Position numbers and translations under genes: made by a program. DNA of 63,815 nt, the filler included, from Octopus bimaculoides (Eukaryota): the NCBI RefSeq assembly GCF_001194135.2. It is 10 parts of 9 records of this genome, joined end to end, with 100 filler letters (N's around TTAATTAATTAA, not from the genome) between each part and the next. Parts side by side here need not be neighbours in the genome. Positions count along the whole stretch, not along the records: positions 21,065 to 28,927 come from NC_068994.1; positions 29,028 to 33,499 come from NC_069000.1; positions 33,600 to 39,180 come from NC_068986.1; 7 more parts are not named here. One strand, written 5' to 3'. The notes beneath the pieces were generated by a model. The model did not search any database. It was given only the letters and a program-made list of their open reading frames with translations, and had not been told where the DNA came from. Numbering within the stretch: position 1 is the stretch's first letter; each line of letters opens with the position of its first letter. Below, in pieces: positions 25,308-38,775 of the stretch.

Positions 25308-26609
25308 TTTAATTATTACAAATCTTCTGCTGAGGAGTGTGCCGGTTTCCAACAAAGATACAAGGCTCCATATTTGGAATGTAGTTAACACAGACAAATT
25401 TACATTTGGAACTTGAGAAAAGTCTTGCATATTTTTGCTGTTCTGCTCACAGATTGCACTTGTAATGTACGAATTAGCAGGTCGATTTCTCTTTCTGAAA
25501 ATCCCAGTTTATCCAGATTCTCATTTAAGCATTTACTAACAAAACCCAGTACCCCAAATCTTATTGGTATGAATATGAATTCATAGTCTGGATATAGAAG
25601 CTGAGGGTTTCGAAGCAGTTGTCCATAGATATCCTCTTTTTCTTTGATTTTCAAAGAGATATTTATATTTGCAGGGCAGATGACTTCTATGATGGTACAT
25701 ACCTTTGCCCCTCTGTCCCAAACAACAATAGCCGGCCTCTTATGTTTACATTTGACAGAAGTTTTGATGGGAATATTCCACCAGTATTCCTTGAGTTACT
25801 GTTTATGGATGTATTCCATAACAGTGGGATTTTTAAAGTTTCTTTCAGGACATTCTTTTTTTGCAGATGCCATTGTAAATTGTTTAGCACCGCATAGGGA
25901 GGTGATACCATGGCGACAATTTANNNNNNNNNNNNNNNNNNNNNNNNNNNNNNNNNNNNNNNNNNNNNNNNNNNNNNNNNNNNNNNNNNNNNNNNNNGTG
26001 GTGGTCTTGTGTGCTTCCGGGCAACATACTCATGTATAGTCTTTATGTTGAGTGCTTTTCATCCGGTCTTCTCTGGGGTAAGAGAGCCCAGCTGTTTGGG
26101 GGCTGTTTAGAAGCTCATCAGGAAGAGAGTGCTTCTTGAGGAGCTCACTGCCAGCTCATACAACGTGGCTCACTTTACTTTTCAGCACTGCATTTACATA
26201 TTTATTTTTGCTGCTGTTGTTTAGCAGTTGCTGCCTGAGTGATACCATACGGCAATCGAAGGCCGTCTGCACTGATCTCAGGCCTCTACCACATTCATTT
26301 CTTCTTAGGTAGAACCTGTCAACATCACTGTTTCTGTGGAAATTCTCAGTTGTTGTCAGGATTTTGCGGATTTTGATATCTATAAAGTGGATTTCCCCTA
26401 CAGTACAACGGTGCAGATGTATATTTTAAAATCTTTTCAGGATAACATTACATTGGTGAGTAAAAGGTGTTTCTCTTATTAATAATTGGAGAAATAAACC
26501 AGTAACTGATTTAGGCTGGGGAAGTCGGCATATTTCTATAGGAACACGTTCAAAACGGACTTTTTAAATAGTTCTCTACACCTGCACGTCCGACGTTGAC
26601 GGCGCCATA
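25308..26609 (-). mobile_element. R4/Dong-like element, internally deleted (5' UTR fused to post-RT region)
   Basis: 26410-26609 matches the 5' end of the 58159-60320 copy and is followed directly by IDIKIRKILT...SDVDRFYLRR..CGRGL and, after a gap, the endonuclease region and 3' end. Confidence 0.8.
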
Positions 26610-26615
26610 ATATGT

Positions 26616-27881
26616 ATAGCAAATATAAGACACTTAGGAGCGAAAAGATGGCCGTTAAGACAAACACATATCCTACGTAATTGCCATGCAAAGGGACTAA
26701 TCAATAAATATAGTAAAACGGGAGTTAATGTACTTAAAGTAACGAACAAAGTATTTTTAATCTCATTCAGCCAGAGAGTATGTTGCTTGGTTGAGTTGGA
26801 GATGAATTTCACGACCCCCAACCAGCCTACTACATTTGAACAATGATTATGTCGGTAGAACATATTCATTGTTGGTTACCACTACTCCTTGGTCACCACT
26901 ACTCCCAAATTCACTCTGGCTTGAAGTGATTGTTATGACTTCCTTACTAACTAAGTTGTAGACACTATCTGAATATATGTGTATAATAGCGTACGACAAA
27001 ATATGCCAAAAATTGTATGCAATAAATATTACCAATTAAGAAAGAACCATAGGAACCCACGTCATTTTGGTGTTAGGAGTTATGCAATTAAGAGATTCGT
27101 GATCCTTAAATAGGAGTAAAATGTTATAACAGCTTAGAATCATAGAATAAATTTTATATTGATATTTATTAGGAACTCACCAATATCTTGCTCTTTGCTT
27201 ATTACATCTGTGTCAATTCCGATAAAGAATATATGATACTGTGCATCAAAGTTAAAGGCTACATAATAAAAATGAACAGAAAGCATTTTAATAAACATTT
27301 TTATCATGGGAAAAGATTTGCTTTTCTTGAATAGCAAATATAAGACATTTAGGAGCGAAAAGATGGCTGTTAAAACAAAGAACATATCCTACGTAATTGC
27401 CATGCAAAGGGACTAACCAATAAATATAGTATAATGGGCGTTAATATACTTAATGTAGTGAACAAAGTATTTTTAATTTCATTCAACCAGAGAGTATGTT
27501 GCTTGATTGAGTTGGAGATGAATTTCACGCCCACTAACCAGCCTACTACATTTCAACAAGATTATGTCAGTAGAACAATAATGTAGTGGAAATTAAGAGC
27601 TTTAAACCCAAATAGCTTTATGGTCGTAAGTTTAATGTTCTTCGAACTGAAATATAATTTTCAGCCACAATTCTAAAGTTTAGTAATCATTATTCTGGGC
27701 AAGACATTAAACTACGTGCGGTGGTGAAGCTCCAGTTCAGGAGTTCAGGAGTTTTGGAGAGTATAGAGTTACTCCTTGGTCACCACTACTCCCAAATTCA
27801 CTCTGGCTTGAAGTGATTGTTATGACTCCCATACTAACCAAGTTGTAGACCCTATCTGAATATAATATCTATGTATAATAG
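26616..27881. repeat. Local tandem duplication (~370 bp, offset 715 bp); second copy interrupted by a ~190-bp insertion
   Basis: 26616-26989 aligns to 27331-27577 plus 27771-27881. Confidence 0.9.
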
Positions 27882-28856
27882 TCATAACATTATTCTTACT
27901 GCAGCTAAGTTCGATCTTCACTGATGGGCAGTGTTTTCTTCCAATCAATAAATTGATATCAATAGCTTCATGTGCTGCTTCCTGCTATCGTCGTTTCTTC
28001 TTTATTTCTTCCTTTCTTTCTTCCTTCTCTACAGTCTTGGAGGTCATTCAAATGATCATAGCTTTATCTAACGTCCTTATCATTAATAAATTAAAAAAAT
28101 TTAATTAATGCAGGTGATCAAAGCACTGAATTGTCTTTCCGTCTCTATGGTGACATATATTTATATTTGCTAAGGAAAGAACTCAAATCACATTACTTCC
28201 TACCGTTGAATAATGTAGTTCAGATATATGCTACATCAAAATTTTAAAAATAAATAAGTAAAAAAATCATTGGATTATCAAAGCTGGAATCTTTAATAAT
28301 AGCTCTGTTTGATCAGGGTTGGCTTGGATCTAAACAATGACAACTACGTGAGAGGATTATTATTCTCATCACCATAATATACTGAAGTATGACCTGGTAA
28401 CATGAAGCATTGAAGTATGGCCTGCTAACATGTACCATGCTTTCGCTAATTGTCTTGTGTGTCTATGTACTTGGGAGCATAGATGCCTTCTCGGTTTCCT
28501 TGGTAGAACAACCAAGATGTGACAACTGGAGGGCGAGAGAGTTGCACAAGTATCACGCCGGTACTTATTACAACTGAGTAGATTGATGAAATGTGAAATG
28601 AAGTGCCTTGCACAAATACAGCACGCTGCCTGATCCAAGAGTTGAGCTCAGAACTTCATGGTCATGAGCCAAATGCCAATACCATTAAGTCACACCCTTT
28701 CACGTTCATACCGTGATAGTTAAATGTAGTGCAGGTAGCAATTTTAATTTGAAAGAGTTTACAACAGGATTTACAATCGAAAGAACTAATTAATGAATAG
28801 CGTTTTACAACAAGCATAGATTGTTTAATTTACATTGTTACACATACGCGCGCGCG

Positions 28857-28927
<71 letters not shown>

Positions 28928-29039
28928 NNNNNNNNNNNNNNNNNNNNNNNNNNNNNNNNNNNNNNNNNNNNTTAATTAATTAANNNNNNNNNNNNNNNNN
29001 NNNNNNNNNNNNNNNNNNNNNNNNNNNTATATATAAGGT

Positions 29040-29480
29040 ATAGTAAATGCATAAACGAACGGAAAACAGGCACAGAATGGAAAGTTGAAAAACATATAGT
29101 AAATGCACAGACAAACAGAAAACAGACACAGAAGAATCCCAACTCCTCATCACTTATCGGCCAGAGGCTCAAACGCAATTTCGCGCCTTTAACGATAATA
29201 TTGGTTCCTTCTGGTAACGACCGGCAAGAGCTGCAGGGAAATGGGAACGAAACATAGCGGAACGGTAATGGACAAATAATAAATGGATAAGCAAACAATA
29301 CAGAAGTGGACATACGCAAGTGAATAAATGTAATTCAAGACGAAGCTGTTAGTGGATGGACGAGGGACAAAAGCGAAATAAATAAACAGAATATAGCCTT
29401 GGGACTAGACGAAGCCGAATGTATGGGTAACGCTAATAGGGAAATCCTAAAGGATTAGAAACAGAAATTCAACAGACAGC
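29040..29480 (-). mobile_element. Possible Penelope-like terminal repeat remnant
   Basis: Minus strand carries ggcgcgaaattgcgtt and gtgatgagg, resembling decayed hammerhead core words typical of PLE terminal repeats; no intact fold. Confidence 0.3.
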
Positions 29481-29679
29481 GAAACAGGTTGAAGTGAAGA
29501 CTAAAGAAATTATGACCGGTTGCTTCAGTGGCCGGCGTGTAAAGGAAGGAGAAAGAGAGAAAGAAAAACGGATGACCACAGATCACGTGTCAGTTGCAGA
29601 GAGGAAAAGTTATAGCGGACAGGTATATATACTCGCGCGTGCACACACACAAGCACGAACACGGAGGCTCACGAACGTA

Positions 29680-30115
29680 TCACAATATGATATTGGTTTC
29701 AAATTTTGGCACAAAACTAGCAAGTTCAGCCAAGGGGTAAGTCGATTATATCGCCCTCGGTGCTCAACTAGTACTTATTTTATCGACCCGAAAGGATGAA
29801 AGACAAAGACAACATGAATTCGGTACGTAAAGACGGAAGAAATGCCGCTAAGCATTTTGCCCGGCGCGCAAACGATTCTGCCAGCTCACCGCCTTAGTAC
29901 CACAATATGATATTGGTTCAAAATATTGGTGCAAGACTAGCAGTTTTGGAGGAAGGGCTAAATCGACCCCAGTGTTCAACTGGTACTTATTTTATCGACC
30001 TAGAATGGATGAAAGGCCAAGTCATCTTTGGTAAAATTTGAACACAAAACATAAAGACGGACGAAATGCTGCTAAAGATTTTTCCCGGTGGGCTAACGAT
30101 TCTACCAGCTCGTCA
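29680..30115 (-). mobile_element. Two tandem SINE family B units
   Basis: Two heads and central domains in the same orientation. Confidence 0.75.
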
Positions 30116-30122
30116 CCTCAGA

Positions 30123-30154
<32 letters not shown>

Positions 30155-30669
30155 NNNNNNNNNNNNNNNNNNNNNNNNNNNNNNNNNNNNNNNNNNNNNN
30201 NNNNNNNNNNNNNNNNNNNNNNNNNNNNNNNNNNNNNNNNNNNNNNNNNNNNNNNNNNNNNNNNNNNNNNNNNNNNNNNNNNNNNNNNNNNNNNNNNNNN
30301 NNNNNNNNNNNNNNNNNNNNNNNNNNNNNNNNNNNNNNNNNNNNNNNNNNNNNNNNNNNNNNNNNNNNNNNNNNNNNNNNNNNNNNNNNNNNNNNNNNNN
30401 NNNNNNNNNNNNNNNNNNNNNNNNNNNNNNNNNNNNNNNNNNNNNNNNNNNNNNNNNNNNNNNNNNNNNNNNNNNNNNNNNNNNNNNNNNNNNNNNNNNN
30501 NNNNNNNNNNNNNNNNNNNNNNNNNNNNNNNNNNNNNNNNNNNNNNNNNNNNNNNNNNNNNNNNNNNNNNNNNNNNNNNNNNNNNNNNNNNNNNNNNNNN
30601 NNNNNNNNNNNNNNNNNNNNNNNNNNNNNNNNNNNNNNNNNNNNNNNNNNNNNNNNNNNNNNNNNNNNN

Positions 30670-30726
<57 letters not shown>

Positions 30727-30949
30727 GGGATGAGCTACTCGGCCTGAAGAAAATTCTAACTGGGCCCCACCTGCGAGGTCATGCGCTCTTTATTTTGATA
30801 TGAGATCACCATGTCGCATACATATAGTTGTGATGCATGTGCCTGGTGTACCCTTATCAGATGGGTAGTCATGATGGGTATAATGAGCTTCGTATATTTT
30901 ACCCCCAGTGTCACTTTGATGACATGCACTGCTCTCTCACTCAATAATA

Positions 30950-31150
30950 ATCCTTTCTACTGTAGGTACAAGGTTTGAAATTGAGAGAGGGGGACAGTGG
31001 ATTAGATCGACACCAGTGTATAACTGGTACCTATTTTATCAACCCCGAAATGATAAAAAGCAAAGTCAGCCTCAGCAAAATTTGAGCTCAGAACATAAAG
31101 GCGGACGAAATGCCGCCAGGTGTGTTAACGATTCTACCAGCTCGCCGCCT
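30950..31150 (-). mobile_element. SINE family B, tail X
   Basis: Homologous to 13085-13300. Confidence 0.75.
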
Positions 31151-31151
31151 A

Positions 31152-31216
<65 letters not shown>

Positions 31217-31349
31217 TGATGATGATGAAGATGATGATAATAATGATGGTGATTTCTTTATTGTCCACTAAGGGTTTGCATTAAGAAAAACATGGACAGT
31301 ACAAGACAAAACAAAGAATGTGTGTGTGTATTGTTGTGGGGGGGGGAGT

Positions 31350-32905
31350 GCATGTAAACAGGTTTACCATATTGAAAAAAAATCGAAACAATGTATTATC
31401 CTGAATAGGGAAACTTTCGAGGGTTACTCGTGGAAAGCCCCATAAAACGCGAGTGCCCTGGCTTCTAGGGCAGGTGTCTTTTCTCATTTTCTTTTCTCCG
31501 ATTACATGCGCATGCTAAGAACAGGTCCATTCACTCGCACCATTTTCACCACTCGCATCCACCTTTTAGCAAACTGGCTAGAAGGCAACACTTCCATCTC
31601 TACCCTTATTTTCGTCTTCAAGTGAAACTTGAAGTTCGTCTAGTATTGGCCAAAGAGAAAAGTGTTTGTCATCAGCCCTTTTAATCTTGTGCTCTGTAAT
31701 CTTGTCTACTATACCTCTTTCGCCATGGTCACCAAGCGTATAAAGACAGCTTGCACTTCCCAGTTAAAAGAAGGCGGCGTGGTGATCTTCACGATAGATT
31801 CAGTTGTCAGGCCAGAGCCGAAAGTTCTCCGGAAAAGAGCGGCTAACTGATCTTTTTCAACGCCGAAAGTGTCCCCAAGAACATCGTTGCACTTTCCTTC
31901 CACTAACCCTCTATAGAACGCTAAAGTAGACTTTCCACCTATCGCAGAGTCCGACTGGCTGAGGGCTGTGGGCGCTTGAAAATATAACACTTTCCAAATG
32001 CTTACTCTCGGTTTCTCTTTGACCCAGGACTGCAGCTCCGTTAACGAGACTAGCTGGGGAGATACGTGTCTGGCGAACGGCGACCATACCTGTTCACCGC
32101 CAAGGAAACACTGGAGATGTAGTCTTAGCGCATGTCTGCGCACATCAGCTACAGCATGCCCAGGCCACCAGGTAGCGGGTTGACAGCAGATAGACCGCCT
32201 AACCACTGGAACTCGTCCCTTCCACAAGAAGCGAAAGAGTATACGCTCTAATGTAATCAGACGGGATCGGGACACGGCATGGAGGATGATGCATGCATAA
32301 CTACCTTCACCCCACCTTTCAGGGGTAGCTTCCTCTCGGCCCATTTCAGGATGAGTGGAGTCACCTTGCTCGTTACCTCGTCGTAGTTTTTGTTCATCTG
32401 GCCATCCGGACCAAACCAGACCCCGCGCAATTTAACTGGTGCGTCCGTCTAGTGTCCAACGACGCAGTTGGACGGCGTGAACTTGCTTCCCCAGGTTCCG
32501 AGCCGCAAAACCACTGACTTTTCTAGTTAATTTTCACCCTTGATACCGTGGTCCCTGAGAGTGGTGCCGATCATTTCGATGTGTTTATTTTCTGACACCA
32601 CTACGGTGATATCGTCGGCATATGCCGCCACGCACTCTCACATCCAACTTGTGTAGTCAGTTCAGAGAAAAAGGACGAGAGAGGGCAACATTGATGCACC
32701 GAGGGCATGAGGCTGAACGGTTCTGAGAGGTAGCCGTTCACTCTGACAATTGAACAGATGTTGCTATGCATTGTAGCGATCCAGCCCCTGAATACAGGCC
32801 CGAAACCGGCTGCTTTGAAGACCGCCGCCAAGTATAGTTGGTCGACCCTATCGAAAGCTTTAGATTGATCTAAATTCATGAGGGCTTCACACGCATCAGG
32901 CTTAT
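31350..32905 (-). mobile_element. Tx1/L1-clade LINE, 5'-truncated and degraded
   Basis: RT motifs LDQSKAFDRV, VRVNG..SEPF...SVHQCCPLS, AYADDITV, followed by LFRFLWKGRVPVVRR; multiple frameshifts. Confidence 0.8.
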
Positions 32906-33246
32906 CGGTCTAAAGTTATCTATACAGTCCCCTTGTTCGGGTCTTTTCTCAGCAACGCCACCGCACCTCGGTTCACAAAACTGGGAATTCTCTCGTTCTG
33001 TTGACAGTTGTAGTAAACGTTTGCCAAGATGTCGCTAAACAAGTTTATCTTGATATGGTATCACTACGTCGCACACATATAGTTGTGACACCCGTCTGAT
33101 AAGGTGTACCCTTATCAGAAGGGTAGTCATGAAGAGTGCATTAGACTTCGTTCATTTGTAGTCCTCTCAGTAATAATAGTGATGTTATTAAGTTACACAT
33201 TGCCTGGGCTAATGCTGGCTGAAACTTACCTAAGTATCTGTCTAAC

Positions 33247-33296
<50 letters not shown>

Positions 33297-33462
33297 GGGG
33301 TGGCTTGTGGTAAGTAGCTTGCTTACCAACCACATGGTCTCGGGTTCAGTCCCACTGCATGGCACCTGGGGCAAGTGTCTTCTACTATAGCCTCGAGCCG
33401 ACCAAAGCTTTGTGAGTGGATTTGGTAGATGGAAACTGGAAGAAGCCCGTCGTATATGTATG

Positions 33463-33499
<37 letters not shown>
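33297..33499 (+). mobile_element. SINE family A, 5' half ending in its internal microsatellite at a gap
   Basis: tRNA-like A/B boxes (tggcttgtggtaag; gggttcagtccc), CORE-like cctggggcaagtgtc segment, then (TA)(TG) tract. Confidence 0.8.
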
Positions 33500-33601
33500 N
33501 NNNNNNNNNNNNNNNNNNNNNNNNNNNNNNNNNNNNNNNNNNNTTAATTAATTAANNNNNNNNNNNNNNNNNNNNNNNNNNNNNNNNNNNNNNNNNNNNA
33601 C

Positions 33602-34266
33602 CAGTGGTTCGCAAGCGGGTTTCATATGGCCTTTTTGGGTCCATATAAGATTTTGTTGCTAAAAATTTATGTACAATAAATTGTATACACTTCTACAATG
33701 CACAAAATATTTTCATTTAAAAAAAACAATTCTTAAGAATGTTTAATTATAAAAATACAGTTGTTGTTGGCACTCCGTCGCTTACGACGTCGAGGGTTCC
33801 AGTTGATCCGATCAACGGAACAGCCTGCTCGTGAAATTAACGTGCAAGCGGCTGAGCACTCCACAGACACGTGCACTCTTAATGTAGTTCTCGGGGATAT
33901 TCAGCGTGTCACAGAGTGTTACAAGGCTGACCCTTTGAATTACAGGCACAACAGAAACAGGAAGTAAGAGTGGGAGAAAGTTATGGTGAAAGAGTACAGC
34001 AGGGTTCCCCACCATCCCCTCTGCCGGAGCCTCGTGGAACTTTTAGGTGTTTTCGCTCAATAAAGACTCACAACGCCCGATCTGGGAATCGAAACCGCGC
34101 TCCTATGACCGCCAGTCCGTTGCCCTAACCACTGGGCCATTGCGCCTCCACTAAAAAATACAGTAAGACTCTTTCTTTACACAGTAAATGGCTATGAAGG
34201 TCCAGCAGAGTTAAATAGGATTCAAAGAGATTCAATCAACAAAAAATGGTTAAAAAAAAAACATTG
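33602..34266. mobile_element. hAT-type MITE carrying a nested SINE
   Basis: cagtggttcgcaag left end, aaaatggtt...cattg right end; body homologous to 35792-36311. Confidence 0.65.
33762..34151 (-). mobile_element. Full-length tRNA-derived SINE (family C) with target-site duplication
   Basis: Head gtggaggcgcaatggcccagtggttagggc...ggtttcgattcc, (CAA)n tail, 11-bp TSD aaaaatacagt at 33751-33761 and 34154-34164. Confidence 0.9.
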
Positions 34267-35791
34267 ACCTAAACGATTTTGATAATCTTCTATCCTCCGA
34301 ACTCACCGCCTCACTAGGTTTTCTTTTCTTACCTGAACATTTCTGCCCTGTTCCTTATCGTTCGGCTTCCTTATCACCATTTACCTTATCTTCTACATCT
34401 CATTGCGAAATCATTTCCCTTTCCATTCCTTTACAATTCTTTATTCTTCGTGCTCACCGAGAAGTTCGGTTTGAAGTCTGAGCTATAAGCCCAATAGACT
34501 TGTATGTATTTATACCGATCCGTTTTGTTCCTCAAGGGGCCGAAACAATGAAGCCGTGGATGATATTGTGTGATCTAAAGTTATTTTGAAGTCTCCCCGT
34601 CGGGTACTAAGGGTTTGTATGTATATGTGTGTGTGTGTGTGTGTCATGTTGGTGATAGGTGTGTTGTACGAAGTCGGTGTGAAATACGACACGAGCTGTG
34701 CGTGTATATCGCGCGCGCACACACACACATGCACACACTGACACGCAAACACCCATGTCAGTGTGTGTACACATATAAAACTATGTGTGTGTATATACAC
34801 GTGTGCTGGTGTGTGTGTGGATATATATGTATGTGATAGTTTATGTGTGTGTGTGTGTATTCCTACTTACCTGTCTATCCATTCTATCTATCTATCTATC
34901 TATCTACCTAATTACATACATACATATATACATACATACATGCATGCATACATACAAACATACATAACTCAGTGTATCGAGCACTTTATTTTAAAGATGA
35001 ATTCATTGTGTAGTTTGATAAATAACTATAAACATGCATACATACATATACGTGTTTGTGTGTGTGTGTGTGTGTATTTATATATTTAAATGTATATACA
35101 CACATACACACACATATATACATGTACATACATATATGCCTACACACATATATAAAGATCTGTGTGTGTGTGTGAGAGAGAGAGAGAGTGAGAGAATGGA
35201 TATGCTTTAGATTCTAGCGCTGCTGAATAAATAAACAGTTTAAATTGAAATAGCTAATGACTTCGAGGTAGGTAAGAGAAATTCGAAACCGTGACACGAC
35301 AGGCTTCATTTAGAAAATAAACTTGTAAACTTATTTTATTTTTGTAGGATTTTGTGTTTATATTTGTCGGCTGTTATCGTCGTTGTTAAACTCTCGATCA
35401 CGCCCGAACCCGCATTTCATGCTGTTCCACCTTATATCCAGGCATTTGGTATGTAGGACTACATTACGTTGTCTTAATGTAGTCTTCCAAATATTTTTAA
35501 AGATGATCTTCGGAAGATTTACCTGCTATTTCTAGCAGGTTGAGAGTCTACGTAGAAGCTCATTCATTGGTTCTGGCTCGTAGATTGACAGGAAACTTTC
35601 GATTAGTTAGTTAGTTCTGAGACTTTGTAAATGCGATCGTCGGAAGATTTACCTGCTATTTCTAGCAGGTTGAGAGACTACGTAGAAGTTCTGAGACTTT
35701 GTAAGATGCAGTCTTCGGTTGAATATGTTTCATTTCACTCTCTTTGATTGTTCCTCGGAGTATTTTAATCTCCTCCCTAGACTGAGTACAG

Positions 35792-36311
35792 CAGCGGTTC
35801 TCAACTAGGGTCCACATGACCATTGGGGGTCCTACGTGTAACGTTGGACAATTGTCTTCTACTCGACCAATGCCTTTTGAGTGTATTTGATAAACGGAAA
35901 GTGAAAGAAGCCCGTCATATATGTGTGTGTGTGTCTTTGTGTCTGTGTTTTGTCTCCCACCATCGCTTGACAATCAGTGTTGGTGTGTTTACGTTCCCGT
36001 AGATCGATAGAATAATCATTGTGCTTAAAAAATGTCACGGGATCGATTCATTTGACTAAAAATACTTGAAGGTGGTGCCCCAGCATGGTTGCAGTCTATT
36101 GACTGAAACAAGAAGAAGAAAAGATAAAGAACAAATCGGTTATACTTCTACGATACGCAAAATATTTCAACATATTTTAAATGCAATTGCTAATAATATT
36201 TAATTATAAAAATATGATGGACTTTTTAAGACTTCAAATGGCTATGAGGATCTATCTAAGTAAACAGGGATCAAAGAGGATCCACATGCAAAAAATGGTT
36301 GAGAATCATTG
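35792..36311. mobile_element. hAT-type MITE carrying a nested family A SINE (about 35850-36130)
   Basis: TIRs cagcggttctcaac / gttgagaatcattg; 8-bp flanks gagtacag and gagtacaa (7/8). Confidence 0.8.
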
Positions 36312-36428
36312 GAGTACAATGATCTCTGTGGGCTGCAAATGACACTTAATCAAAAACTATACTTGATTGGGTAGTTGTTGTTGTTTGTGTTGTTATTGTT
36401 ATGTGGGTTCAGATCGCCTTCATTTGAA

Positions 36429-36611
36429 CAGTAGCGTATCTAGAGTGGGTGGACGGCGTTCGGGGTGGTGCACCGCGTCCTGGGCGACGCTTTTACGGAA
36501 GCGTTACTTTTGGATCTGCTGTATAAGCCTGTTTGTAGGTGCTGGGGTGAACAGGGGTGAGGGCGACAAAGTGAAGGGCTGCTTGGGCGGTACACATTAG
36601 CTACGTCACTA
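36429..36611. mobile_element. Small MITE with CAGTGGCGTA-type termini
   Basis: cagtagcgtatctag versus ttagctacgtcacta imperfect TIRs; no convincing TSD. Confidence 0.45.
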
Positions 36612-36668
36612 TGATTGAGCAGGTCTATGAAAAAAAAAACAAAAAGAAAAAAAACAAACAAACAAAAA

Positions 36669-36839
36669 GGCGCAGGTATGGCTGTGTGGTAAGAAGCTTG
36701 CTTCCCAACCGGCTTCAGTCCCACTGCGTGGCATCTTGGCTAAGTGTCTTTTACTGTAGCCTCGGGCAGACCAAAGCCTTGTAAGTGGATTTGGTAGACG
36801 GAAACTAAAAGAAGCCCGTCGTATATATATATATATATA
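36669..36839 (+). mobile_element. SINE family A, 5' half ending in (TA)n at a gap
   Basis: ggcgcaggtatggctgtgtggtaag head homologous to 33297. Confidence 0.8.
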
Positions 36840-38510
36840 NNNNNNNNNNNNNNNNNNNNNNNNNNNNNNNNNNNNNNNNNNNNNNNNNNNNNNNNNNNNN
36901 NNNNNNNNNNNNNNNNNNNNNNNNNNNNNNNNNNNNNNNNNNNNNNNNNNNNNNNNNNNNNNNNNNNNNNNNNNNNNNNNNNNNNNNNNNNNNNNNNNNN
37001 NNNNNNNNNNNNNNNNNNNNNNNNNNNNNNNNNNNNNNNNNNNNNNNNNNNNNNNNNNNNNNNNNNNNNNNNNNNNNNNNNNNNNNNNNNNNNNNNNNNN
37101 NNNNNNNNNNNNNNNNNNNNNNNNNNNNNNNNNNNNNNNNNNNNNNNNNNNNNNNNNNNNNNNNNNNNNNNNNNNNNNNNNNNNNNNNNNNNNNNNNNNN
37201 NNNNNNNNNNNNNNNNNNNNNNNNNNNNNNNNNNNNNNNNNNNNGGATAACTAAGGATTGCATAATCTGATGTTTTCTGTTTTATATGTAAACGATGAAA
37301 GTTGATTTGGCTGTGATTTTTAGCAGGTCAAGCGACACGTAAGGGCACCATTGGTGGCCGAGTTGTAAGATTTAATAGTTTGTGGGACTACAGGTCGAAA
37401 TAGTCAACATTTCATATTTCCCGCTCTCAATGGGCTCGGTTCGACTAATTGTAAATTAAGTACAATGGGAAAAGAAAGTACTTTTCACGAGATAGGGATG
37501 GTCACGCTGGAATGTCATGGAAATGCGATTTGGAGGAGATTAGACTGCTATTTCTAGCAGTTGAAATAACCGCACACAGGCTTCTCAATTGGCTCGTGGC
37601 TCTCTCACGTTCTCTAGTATTACAATATGTGATAGACTGACGTCCTACCTAAAGGTTAAAGATATCCCTTTAAAGGTTAGCAATATCCTTTTACAACCCT
37701 TCAGAGGTTGATTGTGTGAAAAATACTGTATTAAGCTGCAAAACACAATGATACAATATGATAATGAGGGAGCCTCAACGTGGTCGCTGGACCTGCTAGA
37801 AGCAGTAGTCAAATCTTACTCAAATTACACTCTGTCGTTTTAGAAATGGATACACTGGAAAATGTATTGCTGGGGTTCGCAGTACGTAAGAAAAAGCAAA
37901 TAATTTATTATTATTATTATTATTATTATTTTTCACTTGATTCAGTTATTGGAAAGGTCATGCTGAGGTACCGTCTTAGAGGGTTTTAGTTGGACGAATT
38001 GACCCCATTACTTGCTCTATCGGTCACTTTTGCCGAACCATTAAACTACGGAGGACGTAAACGAACCAGCACCGGCTGTCAAGTGGTGCTGGAAGTGGGG
38101 GACAAACACAGACGCAAAGATGTGCGCGTGCACACACACACATACACACACACACACACACACGTACGCGCGCATTCGCACACACAAATATGACGCCAAA
38201 ATTAAGACTTTTGAATATTACTCTATATAATTAATAGAACCATGTGCACGTTCTTCATTCGTTGGGAACAACTAGTACATGGTTCTGGGAATTATACTTC
38301 TTTGGTAGTCCGTGCTGAGGAGAAACAGATATTTTCGGTAAGAAAGTATTGATTTCGAAACCATGGTCCACGGATAACTTTGTATTTATTTCTATAATTT
38401 TCACTAGTCTCGCCCGTGTATTTTTGCTTCACTAATTTATTTCTTTGAGAGCAATTCAGTGATCTTCTTCTAGCACATTAGCAGTCCATTTAGTGGTCTC
38501 TTTTATACAT

Positions 38511-38580
<70 letters not shown>

Positions 38581-38734
38581 NNNNNNNNNNNNNNNNNNNN
38601 NNNNNNNNNNNNNNNNNNNNNNNNNNNNNNNNNNNNNNNNNNNNNNNNNNNNNNNNNNNNNNNNNNNNNNNNNNNNNNNNNNNNNNNNNNNNNNNNNNNN
38701 NNNNNNNNNNNNNNNNNNNNNNNNNNNNNNNNNN

Positions 38735-38775
<41 letters not shown>

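Noticed and set aside
26085-26130. Minus-strand CTGATGAG with nearby AAACAGCTG
   Set aside because: Lies within LINE coding sequence; flanks are direct rather than complementary.
34100-34151. tRNA-like heads (also 57138, 33297, 20400)
   Set aside because: They continue into SINE bodies and lack a complete cloverleaf; not tRNA genes. No rRNA or CRISPR array was seen.
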